Shown one piece after another: positions 11,375 to 19,895 of a stretch of DNA of 64,000 nucleotides (position 1 is its first letter; each line of letters begins with the position of its first letter). The position numbers and the translations under genes are program-made. Source of the stretch: an uncultured Chloroflexia bacterium (GTDB taxonomy: Bacteria > Chloroflexota > Limnocylindria > Limnocylindrales > CSP1-4); NCBI GenBank assembly GCA_963833705.1, contig CAWHYQ010000002.1, positions 398,266 through 462,265 on the forward strand. The letters are read 5' to 3'. Under the pieces are notes generated by a model, which saw nothing but the letters and a program-made list of their open reading frames with translations, made no database searches and was not told where the DNA came from.

Positions 11375-12238
11375 TCAGGAAACCGACAGGGCGGCCCCGC
11401 CGGCGGGCATCACGAGTGTGCAGGTCGAGTCGCTCACCGAGTCGCAGCCGCTCCAGCTCGGCGTCAACGTCGTTGGATCGCCGTCGTTGATGGTTCGCTC
11501 CTTGGAGGCCGAGATCTGGATCGTCGAGCCTTCAGTAACGTAACTCGCGCAGGTCCTGACCTGGCCATACCCACTGCATCCGACACTGGTTCCGATGGCG
11601 ACGATGATCACGGTTGTGATGCTTCCGGTCGTGAGGCCGTGGACCGTCAATGTGAGCTTGGGGGCAAGACACACCATCGACATCGTCGCGTCCGGGTCGA
11701 CGGTCACTTGGACGACCCCATCAGCCGCTCCGAACCACTGCGCCGGGATCGCGCACGGCGACCCGTCGTCGCCGGATCCTGCTGGACCGGTCGGGCCAGT
11801 CGGGCCGGGGTCTCCGGTCGGTCCCGCAGCGCCCGAATCACCCTTGGGGCCGGGCTCGCCCTGACCACCCGTCGAGCCGGTCGGGCCAGCGAGCCCGTCG
11901 GCGCCGGTCGGGCCTTGGGCGCCCGTCGGGCCCGCGGCACCCGCGAGACCATTCGGACCGGTCGGTCCCAGGGCCCCAGTGGAACCGGTCGCGCCCGTCG
12001 GACCGGCGATGCCGCCATCCCCCTTCGGTCCGATCTGACTCCAGTTGATCGCGACCTCGACCTTGGGCAGGCATTGCGATGCGTTGTCCACGATCCGAAC
12101 CACACCGCCGGCCTTGCCGTAGCAGGCCTGGATCACGCCTCCCGTCCCCGGGATGGTCGCCCAGGCGACCCCGGTCACCAATGCGGTTGCCACGAGTGCA
12201 CTCGCGACGGCGCGTGGGAGCCTTGTGCGCCCCATCAT
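11375..12238 (-). CDS. secreted collagen-like (G-X-Y repeat) protein with a Cys-containing beta-rich C-terminal domain
   Basis: ATG ATG at 12238 ([27 protein letters not shown], signal-peptide-like). It has 29 uninterrupted G-X-Y triplets. The C-terminus (...[20 protein letters not shown]) resembles divergent InlB B-repeat domains from memory. Confidence 0.75.
   Translation of the reverse strand: MMGRTRLPRAVASALVATALVTGVAWATIPGTGGVIQACYGKAGGVVRIVDNASQCLPKVEVAINWSQIGPKGDGGIAGPTGATGSTGALGPTGPNGLAGAAGPTGAQGPTGADGLAGPTGSTGGQGEPGPKGDSGAAGPTGDPGPTGPTGPAGSGDDGSPCAIPAQWFGAADGVVQVTVDPDATMSMVCLAPKLTLTVHGLTTGSITTVIIVAIGTSVGCSGYGQVRTCASYVTEGSTIQISASKERTINDGDPTTLTPSWSGCDSVSDSTCTLVMPAGGAALSVS
11771..12031 (-). 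repeat. coding tandem G-X-Y (collagen triple-helix) repeat, 29 triplets
   Basis: [87 protein letters not shown] has a 9-nt periodicity at the DNA level. Confidence 0.8.
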
Positions 12239-12711
12239 CCCGGACCCTCCGTTCTCACGAATCGGCCCACGATCTTCGTCGACCGAGACGGAGAGTATGG
12301 GGCCCCCGTCACCGCGTCTGGTGACAGTCCGCACCTCGGCTTTCGTGGGGCGCGATCGGAGGTCGTTGGGCACCAAGGGCGCCAGACGTTCGTGGGCCAA
12401 CCGGCCTTCTGATTCGGGCTCCCCTCCCCTAGGCCGACCGATCCGTCACGCGCACGATTCGATCGGGCCTCGACGATCGGGCGAGGCTCGATCGAGGTCG
12501 AAATGCTGCTGCGACTGGTCCAGGCCGATCTCCAGCTGGAGATCGAGGAAGCTGTCGATCGGATCGTTCGTTCGGTGCTGGTCGTCGCCAGGCGCCTCGT
12601 GTCGATCGTCGCCGCGGTCACCCATCGAGGGCCCGAGACCTGATGACTGTGGCCCGAGTCGCGCGCGAGCCCGTCTGGAGCGAGGCATTGACGCGGCCCA
12701 TCGCCGCGCGG

Positions 12712-13077
12712 ATGCCAGCTCGATGGCGCGGAGCCGCGGTGGTGATGATCAAGGCCATCCATACGATGGCGTTCTTCTCCATCGCCACGCTCATCGCCTC
12801 GTTCACCTGGGATGGGATCCGCCATCGTTCGACGCGACGAACAGCCGCGGCCGGACTGATCGCCATCGCCGAATCGGTGGTCTACGCGACCAACAACGGG
12901 GTGTGTCCGCTCACGCCGTTGGCCGAGGAGCTGGGTGCAGCGAGCGGCTCGGTCACGGACATCTACCTGCCGGACTGGCTGAGCCGGCGCGTGCCCCTGT
13001 TCGGCGGTAGTGCGCTGGTGGCCGGCATCGCGTTCAACGCCTGGACCTGGCTCCAGCGGCCGTCCACGGGACGCTGA
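12712..13077 (+). CDS. small integral membrane protein (CPLT motif; possibly DUF2784-like)
   Basis: This is the inner part of ORF 12643..13077. It has three hydrophobic segments and NNGVCPLTPLAEELG. The start is uncertain (12643 or 12712). Confidence 0.5.
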   Translation: MPARWRGAAVVMIKAIHTMAFFSIATLIASFTWDGIRHRSTRRTAAAGLIAIAESVVYATNNGVCPLTPLAEELGAASGSVTDIYLPDWLSRRVPLFGGSALVAGIAFNAWTWLQRPSTGR

Positions 13078-13118
13078 TCGGCCCGGATCCCGCCCGACGT
13101 CCCGGCGGTCGCGGTTCC

Positions 13119-13445
13119 CTAGTCCGGACTGTTCGTATCGAGGCGGCGGAGGCCTGTTCGGGCGAAGCCCTCCAACCCCTCGAGCTGGGCCTTGAGGGTC
13201 GTCGCCCCGAGCGCGGTCAGTCGGTAGGGTCGTCGACGGTCCTCCGGCGGGAGGGGCTCGATGAGACCGCGAGCCTCGAGGCGAGCGAGCGCCGCATACA
13301 GGGTGCCAGGCCCGATCCGGGCTCCGCCGATGGCCTCGATGTCCTCCATGATCGCGTACCCGTGCTTGGGTCGATCGCTGAGCGACACGAGGATGAGGAG
13401 CGATGGCTCCGCGAACCGCCCGAGATCGGCGAGTTCGTCGCTCAT
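13119..13445 (-). CDS. PadR-family transcriptional regulator
   Basis: ORF 13119..13445. LLILVSLSDRPKHGYAIMEDIEAIGGARIGPGTLYAALARLEARGLI is a canonical PadR wHTH. Confidence 0.9.
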   Translation of the reverse strand: MSDELADLGRFAEPSLLILVSLSDRPKHGYAIMEDIEAIGGARIGPGTLYAALARLEARGLIEPLPPEDRRRPYRLTALGATTLKAQLEGLEGFARTGLRRLDTNSPD

Positions 13446-13485
13446 GTGGCTCGACCCGCGTGTGTCGCCATTCGGCCTCCGTTCG

Positions 13486-13519
13486 TATAGCGTGGACCGC
13501 TATATCGCAGCACGATATA
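13486..13519. promoter_or_regulatory. two abutting inverted repeats, TATAGCG-N5-CGCTATA and TATATCG-N5-CGATATA (candidate PadR operators)
   Basis: The repeats lie at 13486-13504 and 13501-13519 and share the central TATA. This AT-rich island sits 40-75 bp upstream of the PadR start at 13445. Confidence 0.45.
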
Positions 13520-13579
13520 TAACGCCCCAAACCGGCCGTGTCAAGGCGGACCGTCGCGTCGAGTCAGGTGAGGCCCCGG

Positions 13580-14353
13580 CTACCCTCGGACGCGCGTGGC
13601 GGTCAGCCGGCCGGTCGGTGCGTCGAACCAGACCAGGCCTGGCGCGTTCGGAGGCGGCTGGGCGGTCGTGAGAGCACGAAACCAACGGCGCGAGGAGCCC
13701 GGAAACGCGGCACGGATGATCTGCGGATATCGACCCAGGAGGGCACGGTTGACGGCGCTGCCCCGGAGCACCCAGACGGCGGCGACTCGATAGGGCGGAC
13801 CCTCGTCGATCGTTGCCGCAAGGTCGGCGGCCTCCGCGGTCTTGCGGTTGGTGCTGCGGATCGCGGCACCGAGATCGGTGAAGGTGTTCCAGGCCTCCTC
13901 GACGATCAGCACTCGGTTGTGGGCGTCGCGGACGCAGATGTCGATCGAGCGAGTCGGGTCGGATGGGCGCGTGGGGAGTTCGAATGTGGCGGTGCGTCCG
14001 GTCGCGCGGGCAAGCCCGATGAGATGTTCTTGCATCGCCAAGTGGCCGGCATCCATTGGGCCGCGGGGTTCGCCGAGCGGCTTCGACAGCGAGATCGCGA
14101 GCGGCCGTCCGAGCGCGAGACCGAGGGCGATCCACAGGTCGAGTGGAACGTGCTGTCCGTGACCTGACTCGATCCGACTGATCCAGGCCTGGGTGATGCC
14201 GACCCTGGCGGCCAGCTTGGCCTGCGTCATGCCAAGGCGGACGCGCCCGGATCTGACGGACTCCCCGAGCGACAACGCGATCGATCGCGAGAGGCGTCCC
14301 GCCTCACGAGTGGTTTCGTTGGCCCGCCGTCTGGTCGTTGGCCTGGCGATCAT
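13580..14353 (-). CDS. XRE-family HTH protein with an uncharacterised about 180-aa C-terminal domain
   Basis: ATG at 14353 inside ORF 13580..14623. The HTH is VRSGRVRLGMTQAKLAARVGITQAWISRIESG. The C-terminal part contains SIDICVRD...VLIVEEAWN, which is reminiscent of a PD-(D/E)xK-type core. Confidence 0.7.
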   Translation of the reverse strand: MIARPTTRRRANETTREAGRLSRSIALSLGESVRSGRVRLGMTQAKLAARVGITQAWISRIESGHGQHVPLDLWIALGLALGRPLAISLSKPLGEPRGPMDAGHLAMQEHLIGLARATGRTATFELPTRPSDPTRSIDICVRDAHNRVLIVEEAWNTFTDLGAAIRSTNRKTAEAADLAATIDEGPPYRVAAVWVLRGSAVNRALLGRYPQIIRAAFPGSSRRWFRALTTAQPPPNAPGLVWFDAPTGRLTATRVRG

Positions 14354-14582
14354 TACTGGCAGTCTTACAGGTGGGCCTTCACTGGCCATAACCGTGTGCT
14401 CAACGCAGCATTCACGCTCAGCCGAGCGCGACTGGGTGGCCCGGGAAGCCTCGATCGACCCGTTGTCGGCCCGAATCGCCTGCGGACATGACTGCTGGGA
14501 ATATCCGGGCAGGGAAGGGCCGGCCGAACCCAACCGCGTCCCGACCCCACTGCGCCCCTCCCCGACCCGATCCCGAATCGAA

Positions 14583-14610
14583 AGGGGCCGGCCCTCGCGG
14601 GCCGGCCCCT
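14583..14610 (-). terminator. intrinsic-terminator-like hairpin downstream of the ABC transporter operon
   Basis: AGGGGCCGGCCC tcgc GGGCCGGCCCCT forms a 12-bp perfect stem. On the minus strand it is followed by TTTCGATT and lies 22 nt after the SBP stop (14633). Confidence 0.5.
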
Positions 14611-14632
14611 GACTCACCCCCATCCGAAACCC

Positions 14633-15744
14633 CTAGTTGCCGCCCTCCTTGAGCGTGATCGTCCCCTTCGTGAAACCGGCGCCCTTGGTGTCGACCGAGG
14701 TGCCGAGCGCATCGAGCGCCTTCTTGGCCAGGTCCGTTCGAGTCGCGTCGGCCGAGGGCACCGCCTTGAGCACCTTGTAGGTGGTCGCGATCGAGGTCGT
14801 CTGGTCGTACAGGGCCTTGTCGAGCATGCCGATGCCGTTCGGCGACGGCCAGATCAGCGCGTTGATCTCGTTCATCTGCCACGCCTGGTGGCTGGCGCCC
14901 AGCTGCGAGCCCTTGGCGAGGACGATGTCGACGCACTTCTGCGGGTTGTCGCGGCAGTAGATCCAGCCCTTGAAGGTCGCCTGCAGGAACTTCGCGGCGA
15001 CGTCGGCGTTGTTGCCGGTCTTGAGCCACTTGTCGGTGGCGAAGATCTGGTCCTGGAGCATCGCCGTCCCGACCGACGGGTCGTTGAAGTCGACCACGTT
15101 CAGGTCACCGGGCTGGTACAGCGCCCCGGTCTTCGGGTTCTTGGCTTCGAGGACCTGGGCGTACTCGTTGTAGATCATCGCCTGCGCGACGTCGAGGTCT
15201 CCCTTGAGCAGCCCCGACATGTCGAAGTTCTGCTTGATGACGTTCTCCTTGGTCGGGTCGAGCCCGGCCTTGGTCAACCCGGCGAAGAGCTCGGGCTCAT
15301 TGCCACCCAGCCAGCTGCCGATCTTCTTGCCGGCCATGTCCTTGGGGCTCGGTGATGTTGGCGGCCTTGAAGCCGGCCATCCGCGTCCCCGAGCGCTGGA
15401 AGATCTGGGCGATGGAGACCAGATCGGTCCCGCCCTCGCGCGACTGGAGCATGTTCGGCAGCCAGGCGGTGCCGATGTCCGCTCCGCCCGTCGCGACGCA
15501 CCTGGACGTTGTTGATGTTCGGGCCGCCGAGCAGCAGCGAGACGTCGAGCCCGGCGTCCCTGTAGTAGCCCTGGTCGATCGCGGCGTAGTAGCCCGCGAA
15601 CTGCGACTGGGCGACCCATTGGAGCTGGAACTTGACCGGCGTCAACACGGCCAGCGAGGCGCCCCCACCGCTCGAACTGCAGGCCGCGACCAGCAGTACC
15701 ACGGCGGCCATGGCCATCGCCATTGCCTTCCGAGTCACTCTCAT
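14633..15744 (-). pseudogene. NMT1/THI5-like (NitT/TauT-family) ABC substrate-binding lipoprotein, two frameshifts
   Basis: The N-terminus is in ORF 15274..15744 (MRVTRKAMAMAMAAVVLLVAACSS lipobox, ...QLQWVAQSQFAGYYAAIDQGYY...NINNVQV). The middle (VATGGADIGTAWLPNMLQSREGGTDLVSIAQIFQRSGTRMAGFKAANIT) is in a third frame. The C-terminus is in ORF 14633..15820 (SPKDMAGKKIGSWLGGNEPELF...). Breaks lie at about 15499 and about 15352. The length is 2 mod 3. Confidence 0.8.
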
Positions 15745-15831
15745 GTCGATCCTCCTCCAAGGTGTCGACCAGCTCGGCCGGCCGACGTGACATCCTCCCG
15801 GATGACCGATGGTAGGCCACCCGCGTTCACC

Positions 15832-16608
15832 TCATCGCGCCATCTCGCGAGCCATCCGCCACGGCATCACGAGGCGCTCGAGCGCCACCGCGGCCAGGTA
15901 CAACCCGATGCCCATCGCGCATGCGAGCACGATCGCGGCCCACGCCGTCGGGTAGCGGCTGTGGCCCGTTTCGAGCGTGATGTAGATGCCCAGCGAGTAC
16001 AGCGGCCCACCGAAGAACTCCCCGACGACCGCGCCGATCACGCTCAATGTCGTCGCGATCCGGAGGGCCGTGAACCAGTACGGCAACGCGTTCGGGGCGC
16101 GCAACTTGGCCAGGGTCTGCGAGTCGCTGGCCGCATAGGAGGTCAACAGTTCGAGCGCGGCCGGCTCCACGTTCGTCAGCCCGCGGATGGTGTTCACCAT
16201 GACCGGGAAGAACACCATCGCCGCGACGATCGTCATGCGTGGCAGGAGGCTCTCCGGGCCGAACCAGTTGAGCGTGATCGGGGCGAACGCGATGATCGGG
16301 ATGGCGCTCGCGCCGATGGCGATCGGCAGGAGCATCTCTCGCGCGGTCGCCCAGCGGGCGGTGGCGAGACCCGCCAGTGTGCCCAGCGTGACGCCGATGA
16401 TCAACCCGCCGACGGCCTCCGCGCCGGTGAACAGGACGCCCTTGACGAGGGTCGGCCAATCCGACGCAAGGCTCCCCGCGATGACGCTGGGTCGCGGGAT
16501 CAGGAACGACTGGACACCGAGGGCGAGCAGCGTGACCTCCCACAGCACCAGCACCACGACGAACACGATGACGGCCGGCATCCATTCACGGATGGCATCC
16601 CGACTCAC
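15832..16608 (-). CDS. ABC transporter permease (NitT/TauT family)
   Basis: ORF 15832..16608 has six TM segments and a GTGA overlap with the upstream ATPase gene. Confidence 0.85.
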   Translation of the reverse strand: MSRDAIREWMPAVIVFVVVLVLWEVTLLALGVQSFLIPRPSVIAGSLASDWPTLVKGVLFTGAEAVGGLIIGVTLGTLAGLATARWATAREMLLPIAIGASAIPIIAFAPITLNWFGPESLLPRMTIVAAMVFFPVMVNTIRGLTNVEPAALELLTSYAASDSQTLAKLRAPNALPYWFTALRIATTLSVIGAVVGEFFGGPLYSLGIYITLETGHSRYPTAWAAIVLACAMGIGLYLAAVALERLVMPWRMAREMAR

Positions 16609-17464
16609 GCCAGCCCCTCCGCGCGGATCCGCGCGCCGGCCGACGGCCCGAGCCCGTCGTCGGGCGCCTCGTGCTGACGGAGCGCTTCGCGAACCCTCGT
16701 CACGAGCGCGAAGTACGCCTCCGATTCACGCGTCTCGACCGTCCGCCCCGCCGGCAGGTCGATGTCGATGACCTGGTGATCCGCCCCGGCCGAGCCGACA
16801 TGACGACGACGCGGGTCGAGAGGAAGACCGCCTCGGGGATGCTGTGGGTGACGAACACGATGGTCGTGCCGGTGCGCTGCCAGATGTTCATCAGTTCGGC
16901 GTTCATCCGCTCGCGCGTCATCTCGTCGAGCGCGCCGAACGGCTCGTCCATCAACAGCAGCTTGGGGTCGAACGACAGCGCCCGGGCGATGGCCACGCGT
17001 TGCTGCATCCCGCCCGACAGCTCCCACGGGTGCCGCTCGGCGAACGCCTCCAGCTCGACCAGGCGGAGCAGGTCGGTCGAGCGCCGATGCCGCTCATCGG
17101 CCGAGAAGCCCATGATCTCGAGCGGCAACTCGATGTTCTTGGCGATCGTCCGCCAGTCCATCAGGACCGGTGCCTGGAAGACCATGCCGTAGTCGCGGTC
17201 GAGCCGCGCCCGGGCGGCCGGCTTGCCGTTGATCACGACGGTCCCGCTGGTCGGCGGGGTGAGGTCGCCGATCAACCGGAGCAGGGTCGACTTGCCACAA
17301 CCGGACGGCCCGATGAGCGAGACGAACTCGCCCCCCCGGATGGTCAGGTCGACCGATTCCAGGGCCGTGACGGCGCCTGGCCCGGTCCCGAACACCTTGC
17401 CGACCCCGGTCGCCTCGACCACCGCCGGCGCCGCCGCCACGACCGGCGTCTCGTCGGCGGTCAC
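16605..17464 (-). pseudogene. ABC transporter ATP-binding protein (NitT/TauT family), one frameshift
   Basis: The N-terminal 230 aa are in the frame of ORF 16700..17575 (GPSGCGKSTLL, LSGGMQQRVAIARAL, LLMDEPFGALD). The tail (VIDIDLPAGRTVETRESEAYFALVTRVREAL) is in the frame of ORF 16605..17027. The break is at about 16775 and behaves as a 1-base loss. Confidence 0.8.
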
Positions 17465-18411
17465 AGCAGCCCCTCGACCGGCCGATACCGACCGCGCGTG
17501 ACGATCCCTTCGGCCACGTTGATGGCACCGAAGAAGAAGAGCCCGAGGAGTGTGCACATCACGATCGTCGCCCACAACCGCTCGGGTGCGGAGATGTAGT
17601 ACTGGTTGTAGTTGATGATCGCGCTGCCCAGGCCCGAGGCGACCCCGGCCGTCTGCTCACCGATGATGGCCCCGATGATCGACGCGGCCGCCGCCACCCG
17701 GAACCCCGCGAACAGGTACGGCACGGACGTCGGCAACCGCAACTGCAACAGGATCTCGCGACGCGACGCGGCATAGGACCGGAAGAGCTCGATCGCCCGC
17801 GGGTCCACCGCGTTGAGCCCGCGCAGCGACGCGATCGTGACCGGGAAGAACGTCAGGTAGGCCGACACCGCCATGACCGAGGCCCAGTCCGCCTTGATGG
17901 CCACCACGACGATCGGGGCGATGGCGAGGATGGGCACGGTCTGCGAGGCGACGACGTACGGGACGAAGGCGCGCTCAGCGAGGCGCGAATGGACGAACAG
18001 GACGCCAAGCGCGAGACCCAGGGTCGCCCCGATGACGAAACCGGCGAGCGCCTCTGCGAACGTGAAGATCGCCTGGCCGAGGAGGACGAGGCCGAGTGGC
18101 GGTCCCGCGCGCTGGGCCGGGTCGATGAAGGCCCGGATGACATCCCACACGTGGGGCAACGACAGGTCGTCGGCGATCCGCCACGCGAACGGCGGGAAGT
18201 GCTCGTAGTCGATCTGGATCCCGCCGATCGTGGCGTGGATGCGCCACGGATCGCCGGCGAGCCACTTGGTGCCCTCCCACAGGACGGCGAGGCCGACCAG
18301 GACGACGACGAGGCCGATGGCCCGCCGGGTCCTCGACCGACCGGATCGCGGCCCGGTCGCGGCGCGTTGCCGACCGGAGGCCCGGCCGAGGGATCCGCTC
18401 GCGGTCGTCAT
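17461..18411 (-). CDS. ABC transporter permease (NitT/TauT family), second subunit
   Basis: ORF 17461..18411 is hydrophobic and is a paralogue of 15832..16608. It has a GTGA overlap with the ATPase gene. Confidence 0.85.
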   Translation of the reverse strand: MTTASGSLGRASGRQRAATGPRSGRSRTRRAIGLVVVLVGLAVLWEGTKWLAGDPWRIHATIGGIQIDYEHFPPFAWRIADDLSLPHVWDVIRAFIDPAQRAGPPLGLVLLGQAIFTFAEALAGFVIGATLGLALGVLFVHSRLAERAFVPYVVASQTVPILAIAPIVVVAIKADWASVMAVSAYLTFFPVTIASLRGLNAVDPRAIELFRSYAASRREILLQLRLPTSVPYLFAGFRVAAAASIIGAIIGEQTAGVASGLGSAIINYNQYYISAPERLWATIVMCTLLGLFFFGAINVAEGIVTRGRYRPVEGLL

Positions 18412-18442
18412 CGGGTGACGCTCGGAGGGTCGATCTGGTCCG

Positions 18443-19777
18443 TCAGGCGACGGCCTGGTCGGCGATGTCGAGTGCGCGGTCGATGATCTCGAAGCCCTCG
18501 GCCAGTTGCTCGTCCGTGATGCACAGCGGCGGGTTCGTGTGGACCGAGTTGTTGGCGATCATCGTGTACAGGTGGTTGTCCCGCAGGAACTTGCCGATCG
18601 CCTTCATCTCGTCCGAGGTGCCGTTGAACGGGGTGAGTGGCGTCCACGGGTCGTGGCCCCGGACCAGGTCGATGATCCCGAACAGGCCGAGGTTCCGGGT
18701 GGCGCCGACGCTCGGGTGCTTGGCCGCGAGCCGGCGATGGTGCTCGCGCATGATCGGGTCGAGGCGGGCGGCATTCTCGATCAGGCCGTCCTCCTCGTAG
18801 ACGGCGATCGTGGCGAGTGACGCCGCGAGGCTGACCGGGTGGCTGCTGTAGGTCAGCCCGCCATAGAACATGACCGATTCGAACTGTTCGGCGATGCCGT
18901 GTCGCATCGCTACCGCGCCGAGCGGCAGGTACGAACTCGTCAGGCCCTTGGCCATCGTCATCAGGTCCGGCGTGACGTCCCAATGGTCGACCGCGAACCA
19001 TCGGCCCGTCCGGCCGAAACCCGCCATGACCTCGTCGGCGACCATCAGGATGCCGTTCCGATCGCAGATCTCGCGGACACCCGCGATGTACCCGTCGGGC
19101 GGGATCAGGATCCCGTTCGTCCCGACGATCGTCTCGAGGAAGACCGCGGCGATCGTCTTGGCGCCCTCGTAACGGATCACGTCCTCGAGACCCTGGAGGC
19201 TCTCGGCCACGGGACGCGGTTCCGCCTCGCCCCAGCGATGCGTATCCGGGTAGCGGACGACGCCGACGATGCCGGGCTCGTTGGCCCATCGTCGGGGGTC
19301 GCCGGTCAGGGTCATCGCCCCGAGCGTCGCCCCGTGGTAGGCGCGGTAGCGGGCCAGGATCTTGTGCCGGCCGGTGGCGTGGCGGGCCAGCTTGATGGCG
19401 TTCTCGACGGCCTCGGCCCCACCGAGCGTGAAAAAGACCTTGTCCATGTCGCCAGGCAGGATCTCGGCGAGCTTGGCGCCAAGGCGGGCCCGGATCTCGG
19501 TGGCGAAAGCGGGTTGGACGTACTGGAGCTTGAGCGCCTGGGCGGTGATCGCGTCGATGACCCGTCGGTCGCCGTGGCCGATGTTGACCGACATCAGCTG
19601 GCTGTTGAAGTCGAGGATGCGCGTCCCCTCCGGTGTGTACAGGTAGACGCCCTCGGCGTGGTCGATCGCGATCGGGTCGAGCGTGCCCTGGATCGACCAC
19701 GAGAAGAAGGTGTGTTCGCGCGACAGCCGCGCGATCTCCTCGCTGGTCATCGGGCTGGAAGCGGTCGTGATGCCCAT
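18443..19777 (-). CDS. class-III (omega) aminotransferase
   Basis: ORF 18443..19777. FFTLGGAEAVENAIKLAR, LMVADEVMAGFGRTGRWFA and TMAKGLTSSY (PLP lysine) match beta-alanine/taurine:pyruvate-type transaminases. Confidence 0.9.
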   Translation of the reverse strand: MGITTASSPMTSEEIARLSREHTFFSWSIQGTLDPIAIDHAEGVYLYTPEGTRILDFNSQLMSVNIGHGDRRVIDAITAQALKLQYVQPAFATEIRARLGAKLAEILPGDMDKVFFTLGGAEAVENAIKLARHATGRHKILARYRAYHGATLGAMTLTGDPRRWANEPGIVGVVRYPDTHRWGEAEPRPVAESLQGLEDVIRYEGAKTIAAVFLETIVGTNGILIPPDGYIAGVREICDRNGILMVADEVMAGFGRTGRWFAVDHWDVTPDLMTMAKGLTSSYLPLGAVAMRHGIAEQFESVMFYGGLTYSSHPVSLAASLATIAVYEEDGLIENAARLDPIMREHHRRLAAKHPSVGATRNLGLFGIIDLVRGHDPWTPLTPFNGTSDEMKAIGKFLRDNHLYTMIANNSVHTNPPLCITDEQLAEGFEIIDRALDIADQAVA

Positions 19778-19895
19778 CGATCACCTCGGGGCAGGCGCGC
19801 CGGCGCCCGCATCGTCTCGTCGGTCGGCGGCGTCGCGCGCCACCGGTGGGTGGTGATTACAGCACACCAGCGGCGTGTCGGCGACGCCGGTCACG

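Noticed and set aside
11771-12031. Periodic DNA repeats that might be mistaken for a CRISPR array or tandem-repeat locus (also 56545-56650).
   Set aside because: The periodicity is 9 nt (G-X-Y codons) or 3 nt (Asp/Glu codons) and lies inside well-supported ORFs. There is no 25-40 nt repeat/spacer architecture and no cas genes anywhere in the window.
12446-12688. Minus-strand 80-aa ORF (possible 59-aa acidic peptide MGDRGDDRHEAPGDDQHRTNDPIDSFLDLQLEIGLDQSQQHFDLD...) upstream of the collagen-like gene.
   Set aside because: It has moderately gene-like third-position GC, but there is no Shine-Dalgarno that I could identify and no recognisable family. It also overlaps the probable 5' region of the plus-strand membrane-protein gene. 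I kept it as unresolved rather than as a feature.
19778-19895. Possible TPP riboswitch upstream of the aminotransferase/NMT1-type ABC operon, since THI5/NMT1-like binding proteins are often TPP-regulated.
   Set aside because: The minus-strand leader lacks the conserved CUGAGA and ACCUGAUCUGGAUAAUGCCAGCG-type blocks. The operon context (a class-III transaminase, near the pyrimidine catabolic genes) fits nucleobase or beta-amino-acid uptake better than thiamine salvage.
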